Virus record (IMG/VR): IMGVR_UViG_3300049140_000186
Span: 1-64,000 of that record
DNA length: 64,000 bases
Reading direction: 5' to 3' (one strand)
Source of the DNA: a virus
Taxonomy: Duplodnaviria > Caudoviricetes
Positions 19,101 to 27,729 of the stretch are shown one piece after another (the first letter of the stretch is position 1; each line of letters begins with the position of its first letter). The position numbers were made by a program, and so were the translations under genes. Below the pieces are notes generated by a model. That model ran no database searches and was not told the DNA's origin. It saw only the letters and a program-made list of their open reading frames with translations.

Positions 19101-19206
19101 CGCGCCCGAACCTATCGACCCGGCGACACTCCCTGACACTCCTGGCATGGCGCGCAAGCGGACTATCGACCGCGCCGTGTGGGGCTCTTCGGAACCTAAG
19201 CTGTAA
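16105..19206 (+). CDS. Ejection protein with lytic transglycosylase (SLT) and M15 D,D-peptidase domains
   Basis: VESGG..AESPVGALGLMQVMP..AYNGGP (SLT); PPGKSAHNHGSAAD..ENWHVE (M15). Confidence 0.85.
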   Translation: MALKLPGAEDLGGRPSARAGRPIASYDTSAIGRGAAQLGSGIMSMAADLRQMDVNKKAKVDQATAFATKRRAMEFAATQEKALVEAGQAAEPGAFGFKETYQQSYIDAAKEFYQSVPEDLKPQYDVELFDIENKLATQAQTFEKAQRSSYYKAEVDTGLTRIESDLYANPDSFEESVWKGEQFIDALPDEDIGPIEKEAMRRGWKAKAQLAALSGMKPAERLRALGEAPGGDDIINAMIGVESGGDPSAESPVGALGLMQVMPGTAAEIAAEIGDSGFPRSPEAQEAYLKDPDVSVKYGSFYYQKMLARYDGDVEAALVAYNGGPARADAWLRSGRNDSVIPQESADYYKKVMGRAGKQASGEADGNANAFLKTRLVGHGDDHIDGMRPEMQTRLAAMFNSAPPGIREKLGIFSGARSVDRQAELWAAALKKYGSPEAARKWVAPPGKSAHNHGSAADLSYDGKSLAHAPKEVVAWVHANAGKHGLKFPLGNENWHVELEETRGGKGYRVDPRFADIDYASREVIAAKAQKEADDIAATTALESKAAYLAHDQRVGLDIELGNIATENQLLDDPLLDDGDLTKHIKAYRAKTKEEADVKELVAAIVVGDRAAGAVNGFDVDERKKGDKAYEAILKASGPENAEVVTQAFVAGTGYVPKDVQSALRQGALASDPAVFASAMSRADALEVLAPISFGSFEGGSDVREKLGLFRHFVNDRQMSGEAAAERIIRMKDPAQKVNREILKPEADKFVKTLTVDQVTAEFDPGIFGAEPGAGVMPVQVNGLLAEYREIAEEKFYEAGGDTGAAKALALTELKTRWNVSNVSGKPNLMRLPPEIHYPAIDGGHEYLRTDALKTAESYVADTFPGRKVENVAIVSDKATRADIEMGRPPRYRLFYQYQENGQTRFDEVFEGLWGMDGKELKTLGSTAQENARNRFLQTRTRNDTANQVERDAAVEAERALDETVGPDWMKANAAAAARERGRMDADTVRAGVPVVEPAAPEPIDPATLPDTPGMARKRTIDRAVWGSSEPKL

Positions 19207-22200
19207 TGCCGATTCTCACCTATCCAGAAGACCGGCCGGCGCTCGCCTCCTTCCGTGGCATCGACTACGGGCAGGCTGTGGAAGAGGCCGAACCGGCTCC
19301 TGCACTCTCGGCGACGCTGGGCGCTGCCTTCCGGCAGGATAACGTCGTGGGCTCGATCGCCAGCAACAAGCTTGCCGGCATCGACCTGGCCGAACCAGAA
19401 GACGGCTTTACCGGCGAAGTCCTGTGGGCCGACATACAAGGCACGCCATACGAAGAGCATTGGGACCGGTTCTCCACGGTGTTTAATCGTCGCGCCTTCA
19501 ATGCGATGAAATCGCAAATCGACATGGAAACGGAAGACCGGCGCACGCTCGCGGCCTCTGGCTGGGCTGGCGTCGCCTCGTCTTTCGGGGCTGCCGTGTT
19601 CGATGTGCCTTCCCTGATACCTGGCGGGGCGCTGGTGCGTGGTGCGACTGCCGGGGCTACCGTGGCAAGGTCCGCGCTCTCAACCGCTGCTGCGGGCGTG
19701 CTGGGGGCCGGCGTGTCAGAAATAGCATTGCAGGCGACGCAGCAAACCCGGCCGCTGGAAGAAAGCGCGCTGGCCGTTGGCGGCGGCGCGGTCCTGGGCG
19801 GCCTGCTCGGTGCCGGTGTCGGGGCTCTCTACTCCAAGGCTGAACGTGCTGCGGCTCTCCGCGTCATGTCCGAAGCGGCTGCAAAGCGTCGGGTGGAAGA
19901 CCAGAACCTGGCCGAACTGCGCGACGGCATCGCGGAAGGGCAAAGCGCTGGCGCGGCGGCGGTCGACCGTCCTGTGCTGGAAGACTTCGACATTGCGGGC
20001 ATGGGCGCTGCTGCGGTCGGCAAGGCAACGGCAAAGCTGAACCCGCTCCTGCGGTCGGCGCAAAGCCCGTCAGCGGTGCATCGGTCGATCATGTCTGAAA
20101 TGGCCGAAACCGGCTATTATCTCGAACGCAACGCTCGCGGCGAAGGAAGCCTGGCAGTCGAAAGCACGGTCAAATATTGGGACCGGGGCGCGCTGACCAA
20201 AGGCCTGACCGATATGCGCCAAACCTTCGAAGAGGGGCGCAAGAAAGGCCTTAGCCTAGCTCCTGACAAGTTCCGCGAAGCTATCTCGTTCGCGATGCGC
20301 CGCAATGACGAAGACGCGTTGAACCCTGCCGTGGCTGACGCCGCGCGTAAGTGGCGCTCAACCCTGTTTGACCCGCTGAAAGACGAAGCTATCGAAGTCG
20401 GCATTCTGCCTGCCGACGTGCAAGTCAAGACGGCGACCTCATACCTGACCCGCCTATGGAATGCGCCTCGGCTCAATGCCGGTGAAGGGCGGTTCAAGGA
20501 AATCGTGCGTCCCTGGCTCGACGACCAGCTTTCGCAATTGGAGTTCAAGGCCGATGAAATCAGGATCGGCAACCGGATCGTTGACGCGGAAAAGACCCGT
20601 GAGGCGTTCGAAAAGGCAACGACCCGGCTGGATAGCCTGGAAGACCGCTTAAGCGAGCGTAAAGGCTCCAGGGAGCGCAAAGGAAAGGCGCTGGAAGAGT
20701 TGCAGGGCACGCGCTTTGCCGTGATGGCCCAACGCGCTCCTAAGCCTCTGGTGGCCGCTCTGCGTGGCGCTGACGAAACGGCGGCGATGATTGACGTGGT
20801 GCGGGAAGCTCGGAAGGCTGAACGCTCGGCCAACAAGAAAAAGAGCTTCGGCGAACGCAACCCGATCCTCGCGACTATCAGGGCCAAGGGCGGCGCTCGC
20901 GTCGGCTCCAAGCTCGATAACGAACTGCGCGCAATGGGCGTCACGCCTAAGACGAATCCCGGCCTGTTCGTGAAGCGCGGCGGTATCGGTGATGTCGACA
21001 ACTTCGTGAAGTCGGAAGACGAGATATTCGCCGATCTACCCGACGATGGGGCCGGCTATGTCAATCCTGTCTCGCTCATGGAAGCGCTGCGCGATGAACT
21101 CGCCGGCAATCCCCTGCGCACTGCCGATGAACTGGCGGCCGATGACATCCTGGAAAACCTCGATGCCGTTGCAAGCGAATGGCTGGCAAGCGTTGGCCTG
21201 CCTGAGAATGCGACCGTGAAGGATGTGCGGGCGCTGATTGGCCGCGTCCTGGGCGCTGAAAGCAATCTGGAAGGCATGGACAGTCGCATCTCCCGTTTCG
21301 AGCGTGAGATTGAAGAGTTCGACGAAGCTACCGACCGCATCGTCAATGAACGCCTCATAAGCGAGACGGAAGCCAAGACGATTCGCGAAGAGTTGAACAA
21401 GCTCGAAACGGAACTGGAAGCGGTGGCCGATCTGGCGAACGCCTCGCCGCGTGTCTCGCTGGTCGTCGACTATGCCACAACCCGGCGTGACCTGTTCAAG
21501 AACAAGCTGACGGAACGGACCCTGCGCAAGCGTGTCGACGCTCTCAAGCGATTGGAAGCGGAAGGCAACGCGAACGATGAAATCCTGGCGGAACTCGCCG
21601 CGAAGTCGACCGACCTCGGCCGGCTGCAAGCGGCAATCGAGGGTTTGAAGGCGAAGGCCGACAAGCTGGAACCGATGGTTCCCAAGGTGAAGCAGGAACT
21701 GCCGGAATTTCTCTCGCCGGAAGACCGGGCCGATTATGTCAACGGCATCGTCGACGACATTTTCAGCCAGCTTACCGGGCGGGCCAATCGCGGCATGCCG
21801 TCCTATGACATGACGGTTTCGGCGCGCGGGCCTTTGAAGGAACGAACCTTCAACATCCCTGACCACCTCGTCGAGGAATTCCTCGAGCATGACATTGAAC
21901 TGATTGCTCGCCGGTATGCCCGCGTGATGGCTGCCGACGTCGAACTGGCGCGGCTGGACCGTCGCCTGGGCGGACCTGGCAAGCCTGACCTGCAAGGGCA
22001 GATCGATCGCATTCGCGGCGACTATAACGACCTTCGGACGAGCCTTATCGACTCGGCGCTAGACCCCAAGGCAAAGGAAGCGGAGCTGGCGCGGCTGGCA
22101 AAACGTGAGCGCAACGATGTGGATGACGTGGCCGGCGTGCGTGACCTCCTGCGCGGGCAATACAAGGTCGACAGTCAGCACACGAATTTCGCTCGGGTGC

Positions 22201-23444
22201 TCAAGGGCGCGACCACGTTCAACTTCATGACGAAAATGGGCGGCGTCCTGGTGGCGTCTCTGACCGATGCTGTGCGGCCTGCCATGGTGCACGGGATGGG
22301 CCGCTATATGTCCGAAGGCATCACGCCGCTGCTGACCAATCTCAAGGCTGTGAAGCTTTCTGTCTCGGATGCGAAGCTGCTCGGCGCGGTCACGGAAAGG
22401 ACGCTGCAATCTCGCCTCGCGACCATGGCAGAACTGGCGGACCCGTACGCGATGAACTCGCCGTTCGAACGCTTCCTGGATAACGCGTCGAATATCTTTT
22501 CCAAGATGACGCTGTTGCCGTGGTGGAACGACATGCACAAGTCGATCGCCTCGGTTCTCGTCCAGAACCGGGTGCTTAAAAACACGCTCGTCGACTATGA
22601 AAAGCTGGATCCCCAAGAACTGCGTTACATGGGCTTCCTCGGCGTCGACAAGTTCATGGCGGAACGGATCGCGAGGCAATTCCGGGAGTTCGGGCAAGTC
22701 GGGGGGAACGTGCACGTTCCCGGTGTGGAAGAGTGGACCGATGAAGGCGCGCGCCGTGCCTTCGCGGCGGCTCTCAACAAGGATGTGGATTCGATCATCG
22801 TAACGAAGGGCGTGGCTGATGTGCCGCTCTTCTCCCACACGCCGGCCGGCCGGGCGCTACTCCAGTTCAAGACCTTCGCGCTGGCGTCTAATCAGCGCGT
22901 TCTGATGCGCGGGTTGCAAGACGGGCCTGGCTCGATGGTCACGGGCATTGTCGGCATGTCTGCAATTGGCATGCTGATCTATTGGCTAAAGCAGCGGGAA
23001 TCCGGCCGCGAAGTTTCGGACAATCCTGGAACGCTGATGGCGGAAGGCCTGGACCGCTCAGGCATCTTCTCGATTGGGTTCGAAATCAACAACACCTGGG
23101 AAAAGCTGGGCGGGTATGGCCTTTACCGGCTGGCCTCGGGCCGCTTCGCCAGCAAGACGCAACAGCAACCGGCATCGCGCTACGTGACCCGCGACACGTT
23201 CGGCGCTCTGCTCGGGCCTTCGTTCCAACTTGGTTCCGACGTGGCTCAGACGCTGGCGCTGCCGGCGCGGGTGACAACCGGTCAATCCGACCTGGCCCCG
23301 GCCGACATCAACCGCGCGGTCGGCCTAACGCCTTTCCAGTCGCTGCCGTACTGGCGATGGATAATCGAAGGGGGCTTCGGCCTCCAGGACAACGCCTCCT
23401 TCCGGGGCATCGAACCGGAACTGAAAGAAGCGGTCGACGACTAA
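19206..23444 (+). CDS. Large internal virion (ejection) protein, gp16-like
   Basis: 1412 aa; SYLTRLWN, KERTFNIPD, LLQFKTF in the C-terminal part. Confidence 0.75.
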   Translation: MPILTYPEDRPALASFRGIDYGQAVEEAEPAPALSATLGAAFRQDNVVGSIASNKLAGIDLAEPEDGFTGEVLWADIQGTPYEEHWDRFSTVFNRRAFNAMKSQIDMETEDRRTLAASGWAGVASSFGAAVFDVPSLIPGGALVRGATAGATVARSALSTAAAGVLGAGVSEIALQATQQTRPLEESALAVGGGAVLGGLLGAGVGALYSKAERAAALRVMSEAAAKRRVEDQNLAELRDGIAEGQSAGAAAVDRPVLEDFDIAGMGAAAVGKATAKLNPLLRSAQSPSAVHRSIMSEMAETGYYLERNARGEGSLAVESTVKYWDRGALTKGLTDMRQTFEEGRKKGLSLAPDKFREAISFAMRRNDEDALNPAVADAARKWRSTLFDPLKDEAIEVGILPADVQVKTATSYLTRLWNAPRLNAGEGRFKEIVRPWLDDQLSQLEFKADEIRIGNRIVDAEKTREAFEKATTRLDSLEDRLSERKGSRERKGKALEELQGTRFAVMAQRAPKPLVAALRGADETAAMIDVVREARKAERSANKKKSFGERNPILATIRAKGGARVGSKLDNELRAMGVTPKTNPGLFVKRGGIGDVDNFVKSEDEIFADLPDDGAGYVNPVSLMEALRDELAGNPLRTADELAADDILENLDAVASEWLASVGLPENATVKDVRALIGRVLGAESNLEGMDSRISRFEREIEEFDEATDRIVNERLISETEAKTIREELNKLETELEAVADLANASPRVSLVVDYATTRRDLFKNKLTERTLRKRVDALKRLEAEGNANDEILAELAAKSTDLGRLQAAIEGLKAKADKLEPMVPKVKQELPEFLSPEDRADYVNGIVDDIFSQLTGRANRGMPSYDMTVSARGPLKERTFNIPDHLVEEFLEHDIELIARRYARVMAADVELARLDRRLGGPGKPDLQGQIDRIRGDYNDLRTSLIDSALDPKAKEAELARLAKRERNDVDDVAGVRDLLRGQYKVDSQHTNFARVLKGATTFNFMTKMGGVLVASLTDAVRPAMVHGMGRYMSEGITPLLTNLKAVKLSVSDAKLLGAVTERTLQSRLATMAELADPYAMNSPFERFLDNASNIFSKMTLLPWWNDMHKSIASVLVQNRVLKNTLVDYEKLDPQELRYMGFLGVDKFMAERIARQFREFGQVGGNVHVPGVEEWTDEGARRAFAAALNKDVDSIIVTKGVADVPLFSHTPAGRALLQFKTFALASNQRVLMRGLQDGPGSMVTGIVGMSAIGMLIYWLKQRESGREVSDNPGTLMAEGLDRSGIFSIGFEINNTWEKLGGYGLYRLASGRFASKTQQQPASRYVTRDTFGALLGPSFQLGSDVAQTLALPARVTTGQSDLAPADINRAVGLTPFQSLPYWRWIIEGGFGLQDNASFRGIEPELKEAVDD

Positions 23445-23650
23445 CAGGAATCGTCCGACCGGCCGCCCGAAGTCCAGCACTTTTCCGGGTTTCCCCACTT
23501 CGTATCGCTGACGCTTAGGCCGATGCCGAAAACGAGGATGAGCGTGGTGAGGCCGATGGCTGCCCACGGGCAATCGTACTGAATCCATAGGCTGAAACGC
23601 TTCGCTGCGGACATCCGCACGGGCGTCTTCTGAACTCCAAACGCTTCCAT
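23441..23650 (-). CDS. Small membrane protein (antisense moron)
   Basis: One hydrophobic helix; convergent with the large virion gene. Confidence 0.4.
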   Translation of the reverse strand: MEAFGVQKTPVRMSAAKRFSLWIQYDCPWAAIGLTTLILVFGIGLSVSDTKWGNPEKCWTSGGRSDDSC

Positions 23651-23710
23651 CTCCCGCCTCTCTCAGCCTCGCCAAAAGCGGGGCCGCTTTCACGTAAGGA
23701 GCCTTCAAAT

Positions 23711-25441
23711 ATGGCAACCTCGGCTGTCGATCAGATTACCGGCAACGGTGAAACCGTAGCATACAAGGCTCCGGTGCGGCTAGCGACCACCGGAAACATC
23801 GCTCTCAGTGGTTTACTAACCGTCGATGGCGTCGTGACGGTGGCAGATGACCGCGTTGGCGTCATTGCCCAAACCGACCAGGAAGAAAACGGCATCTACA
23901 TTGTTTCCTCTGGCGTCTGGCGTCGGGCTCGCGATTTTGATTCCAGCCGTGACATCACCAAGGGGACGCGCTTTGCCGTCACTGATGGCGCGACGCTGGC
24001 TGGCTTCGAATACCGGATCACGACGGCCAACCCGATTTCGATTGGAACGAGCAGCATCGTTTTTGCCCGCGCCGATCTGGTCGGGCAGGCGGCGCTTGAG
24101 GCAGACAGGGCAGAAGATGAGGCCGACGAAGCCGAAGCACAAAGGATACTCGCAGAGGCCGCCGCCGCATCGATAACCATTGGCGGGCAGCCAGTCACTC
24201 CCGGCGCGACCGGTTTGGGAATCCTGGCTACGGGGACGAGCGCTGCCTTTTTCCTGGCCGCCGGCATGGAGACCGCGAACGCCAACGTTGTAGTCGGCTC
24301 TGGTGCCGCAGCGGGGATTACGTCGGGGTCCAACTCGGTTGCTGTCGGCAAGAACGCGTTGAACGCTCAGACGACTGGAGGGCAAACGACAGCGGTAGGT
24401 TTCGAGGCCGCAACCGAACTGACGACCGGCACCAACACTACCGTCTTTGGCTACCGCGCACTTTTCAAGGAAACCGTGGGCAACAACAATGCTGTGTTCG
24501 GCTATCGCGGAATGTTCTTTGCGACTGGTGGCTGCGCAAACAATGTGGCCCTCGGTTACGGCGCGCTGCACGGCGGCCACAACACCGAACCGACGAGCAA
24601 TTTCACCGGCGACAACAATACTGCGGTCGGCTTCGAGTCGATGTATTACTCCGCAACTGGAACGGGCAACGTCGCGGTCGGTATGTATGCCCTGAACGGC
24701 TCGGACAACCGTTCGCCGCTCACGCCGACCAATTCCGCAAGCCGCAACGTCGCCGTGGGCTTTGAAGCCCTCCAGGTTCTCGACACCGGAAACGATAATA
24801 CGGTTGTTGGCTATCAGGCCGGCGAGGACATGACGACGGGTTCCAACAACGTTCTGATCGGCGAAGAAGCCGGCTCCGCAATGACGACCGGATCGCGAAA
24901 CACTCTGGTTGGCTCTGACACGCATGCGCTGCTGAACGGTGATGACAACATCGTCATCGGCTACGGCGCATCCTGCACGTCCAGTGCCAACAGCAACCAG
25001 ATGTCGATTGGCAATCTGCTCCGGGGTAACTTGTCCAGCAAATTCCTGGGCGTGACAGACGGCGCAGCCGCCCCTGCGACGGCGCTTCATGTCCGACACG
25101 CCACACCCATCGTCCGCATTCAGGACAACGACAGCGCGGGCGCAGCGGCAGTGCCGCAAATCCAGCTTTACGATAGCTCCGTCCGCGTCGGTTTCTTCGG
25201 CAAAGCATCATCTGGCAACGCGCATATCTCGATCATCAATGATCAGGCAGGCGGCGACATACTTCTGGAGCCGGGAGCGGGCGGGTCTGTCGTGCTGCCA
25301 GCTTCAACCACATCAGGCGCACCGCTTAGTATGCTTGCGGGCACAGCCCCCACGTCCCCTGTTAACGGCGACATCTGGTTCGACGGGACGGATTTGAAAA
25401 TGCGCGTTGGCGGCGTCACCAAGACTTTCACGTTGGCTTAG
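23711..25441 (+). CDS. Tail fibre/spike with N-x-A-x-G-x-x-A-L beta-repeats
   Basis: N-terminal KAPVRLATTGNI..DGV..RV..Q..ENGIY anchor; many NTAVG/NVAVG repeats. Confidence 0.8.
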   Translation: MATSAVDQITGNGETVAYKAPVRLATTGNIALSGLLTVDGVVTVADDRVGVIAQTDQEENGIYIVSSGVWRRARDFDSSRDITKGTRFAVTDGATLAGFEYRITTANPISIGTSSIVFARADLVGQAALEADRAEDEADEAEAQRILAEAAAASITIGGQPVTPGATGLGILATGTSAAFFLAAGMETANANVVVGSGAAAGITSGSNSVAVGKNALNAQTTGGQTTAVGFEAATELTTGTNTTVFGYRALFKETVGNNNAVFGYRGMFFATGGCANNVALGYGALHGGHNTEPTSNFTGDNNTAVGFESMYYSATGTGNVAVGMYALNGSDNRSPLTPTNSASRNVAVGFEALQVLDTGNDNTVVGYQAGEDMTTGSNNVLIGEEAGSAMTTGSRNTLVGSDTHALLNGDDNIVIGYGASCTSSANSNQMSIGNLLRGNLSSKFLGVTDGAAAPATALHVRHATPIVRIQDNDSAGAAAVPQIQLYDSSVRVGFFGKASSGNAHISIINDQAGGDILLEPGAGGSVVLPASTTSGAPLSMLAGTAPTSPVNGDIWFDGTDLKMRVGGVTKTFTLA

Positions 25442-26147
25442 CCGACGCCTGCTCTAGGGCGTCAAGCACTTGTGACACGCGCGTATAGAAGCCGCGCATC
25501 GAGGGAATAGCGTGCTCGATGTATGGTTTTCCAGTTTGACCGAAAGTGATGATGGGCCAAAGTGTGTAATGAACCATAGCGTCTGGCGAGCAATAAAGAA
25601 ACGTCAAGGTCTTCGTCTTCTCGTCCCACGAATTACGCACTGAAACTTGCCGCCCACCCAAGATTTGAAAGTTGTCTGTCGCCATCAATGCGGTGCAAGA
25701 CAGATATCGATGGTTATTCTGGTTTCGTAGATCATTCAGCCGAACCAAGGTTTCATCGCCGCCACGATATGGTTTGAAACTGAGCATGACTTCGTGAAGG
25801 GCGGCCGGGATGTCTCGACATGCACTTTCTTTGAGAATCTTCCTGACATTCTGCTCGTCGCTCCCGAATGGGAACTTGGTTTTCTCAGGCTTGACGCCGG
25901 GCTGCATGGTTGCGCTAGCCGCAAAGACAGCCTGATCGAGAACACTTCGAGCGTTTGTGAAAAAGTCATTTGCAACGACCTGCATGTCCTCAGGCGGATC
26001 TTTCATCGTTGCAGAATGCACCCCATTTTTGATTGTCACCTCATAGGGCTTTGACTGCTGAAACTTCTCGTTTAGGTCTTCTATTTCCAGCAAAAACTTT
26101 TCAGCTCTGGCTAAGACACGCTTCGGACTGCCGAACATGGACCCCAT
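25428..26147 (-). CDS. Uncharacterised low-GC moron, possible HEPN-like protein
   Basis: NARSVLD...FP...PY...LRNQNNHR; homologous motifs in 50526-51338. Confidence 0.65.
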   Translation of the reverse strand: MGSMFGSPKRVLARAEKFLLEIEDLNEKFQQSKPYEVTIKNGVHSATMKDPPEDMQVVANDFFTNARSVLDQAVFAASATMQPGVKPEKTKFPFGSDEQNVRKILKESACRDIPAALHEVMLSFKPYRGGDETLVRLNDLRNQNNHRYLSCTALMATDNFQILGGRQVSVRNSWDEKTKTLTFLYCSPDAMVHYTLWPIITFGQTGKPYIEHAIPSMRGFYTRVSQVLDALEQASAKPT

Positions 26148-26157
26148 CCTTTTGGAT

Positions 26158-26409
26158 TCACTGCTGACGATTGAACAATAAGCGCAGCAGGTTGGCTGCT
26201 CTCTCGTTCACTTCCAGGACTGTGTCCTCAGACAAAGATGCGTCCTCATTCATTTTGATGGCGGTGTCTACGATGGAATCGCGCTCGGCCTGTGAGAGAA
26301 CACCCTTGTCTCTGAGGCGAGCCACTAGAACCTGCAACAGTGTTAGGGTCGCTGTGGTTATGTCTTTGTCTTCGAATCTGTAGGGCATGCCGTAATCAAT
26401 CCTCCCCAA
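26158..26409 (-). CDS. Hypothetical protein
   Basis: 83 aa, 10 nt upstream of the moron. Confidence 0.5.
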   Translation of the reverse strand: MGRIDYGMPYRFEDKDITTATLTLLQVLVARLRDKGVLSQAERDSIVDTAIKMNEDASLSEDTVLEVNERAANLLRLLFNRQQ

Positions 26410-26441
26410 GTGGCGAGGTTACACCGGGAGCGCTGCGGAAC

Positions 26442-26690
26442 CTACTCCGATTTCGGCTTATGCCCCGGATGCAGTTCGGCCCTCGGCGTCTGCATCCACG
26501 GCGCTTTGTCGCCAGTGACGGCCTCAATGGCCGTGACGATTGCCGCATTCAGTTCTGTCAGCGCCCGTGATTGGTCGCTCGACGGTGCGATGATGGGAGC
26601 GCAGCAGGCGCGGTGCAACTCCGTCGCCGCTTTCATGAACCGGTCGATTTCAGGTTGGGTGATGTAGGTGAGTTTCTTACGCCTGGACAT
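26442..26690 (-). CDS. Hypothetical protein
   Basis: 82 aa with SD GGAGA. Confidence 0.6.
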   Translation of the reverse strand: MSRRKKLTYITQPEIDRFMKAATELHRACCAPIIAPSSDQSRALTELNAAIVTAIEAVTGDKAPWMQTPRAELHPGHKPKSE

Positions 26691-26754
26691 GGCAATCTCC
26701 GATGGGTTGAGAATCGCCGCACTAGGACATTATTCCTCACAAGCGGGGCTTGGA

Positions 26755-26940
26755 TCAATCCTCGTACTCGGGCTGGATACCGTGCAGCCTGCAAATCTCA
26801 CGCAGTTTTTGCCGCTGTCTGACGATGCCGGAGGGAAGACGGACCTCCACGCCAAGGCGCTTCAGCTTGCGAATTGTGGCCTGAGCGTTGACCACGCGCT
26901 TGTCTGAAGTGGCGGGTGAGGTGGGCTGTTCGTCGTTCAT
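26755..26940 (-). CDS. Hypothetical protein
   Basis: 61 aa with SD AAGGGC. Confidence 0.5.
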   Translation of the reverse strand: MNDEQPTSPATSDKRVVNAQATIRKLKRLGVEVRLPSGIVRQRQKLREICRLHGIQPEYED

Positions 26941-26963
26941 GACGGCCCTTTATTCCTCAGTCG

Positions 26964-27590
26964 CTATTCCGCTGCAAGGGCGTCCAGATAGGTGGTCTTG
27001 GTTCCTGGGATAAGAACATCGAGCGAGACGGTCTGGAACGTGTCGTACTCGCGATTATAGGCGCGCAGGTACACCTTCGCCTGTGCAGCCATGTCGTTGA
27101 CGTTTATCTCGCCTTCCAGAATTGCGAGGCAGAGACTGGAAACCACATCGTCTCGTATGAAGCGGGGAAGGCCGCTGGGCAGAGCAGCCATGGCGCGGCG
27201 ATAGACTTCTTCCGGTGAGGTTCGGACCCGCCGGATCGAGCACCGTTTGAGCTCATATTTCCTCCATGCAGCCCTGCACACCTCCGGATGTTTCAATGCG
27301 TACTGCCGGTTATATTCGGCGATGTGCTCTTTGTGCGTAGCGCGCCATCGATCTCTTGCGGCTTTGGCCTCGTCTGGGCGCGACTGTCTATTCCGCTTCT
27401 CGCGTTCGCGCTTTGCTGCCAAATGCGCCTGTCGATACTCGCGCTGGTAGGCCTTTACCTTCTCGGTCTGTTGATAAAGTCGCTGCTTTTCGCGGTGTTT
27501 GGCTCGCCCCTTCGCTGTCTGCTGGTAACGTCGCTGCTTTTCGCGGGCCTTGGCTAGTTCTTCTTCGGTGTGAGGCTTCTTCGCAGGCAT
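26964..27590 (-). CDS. Basic repeat protein with a sigma-region-like C-terminus
   Basis: REKQRxYQQT repeats; DDVVSSLCLAILEG...VSLD. Confidence 0.6.
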   Translation of the reverse strand: MPAKKPHTEEELAKAREKQRRYQQTAKGRAKHREKQRLYQQTEKVKAYQREYRQAHLAAKREREKRNRQSRPDEAKAARDRWRATHKEHIAEYNRQYALKHPEVCRAAWRKYELKRCSIRRVRTSPEEVYRRAMAALPSGLPRFIRDDVVSSLCLAILEGEINVNDMAAQAKVYLRAYNREYDTFQTVSLDVLIPGTKTTYLDALAAE

Positions 27591-27657
27591 AGGTGCCCCC
27601 CTGATAGGATCGGTGCCTGCTCAGTACATCCGGCGCAGCTAGGCTCCGCCTGCTTGG

Positions 27658-27673
27658 TTAACAAGTAGTTAAC
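27658..27673. promoter_or_regulatory. CtrA-binding site
   Basis: TTAA-caagtag-TTAAC; matches TTAA-N7-TTAAC on both strands. Confidence 0.7.
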
Positions 27674-27729
27674 CGACCTTCTCACCACCCCCGACAACTC
27701 GTCTGCTGCCTCGGCGGAAAGGGACATCC

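Noticed and set aside
24240-25000. Repetitive AACAAC/GTCGGC motifs as a DNA repeat element
   Set aside because: They encode the beta-repeat units of the tail fibre
23711-25441. Diversity-generating retroelement, suggested by the BPP-1-like virion module
   Set aside because: No reverse transcriptase and no TR/VR repeat pair matching the fibre 3' end in the window
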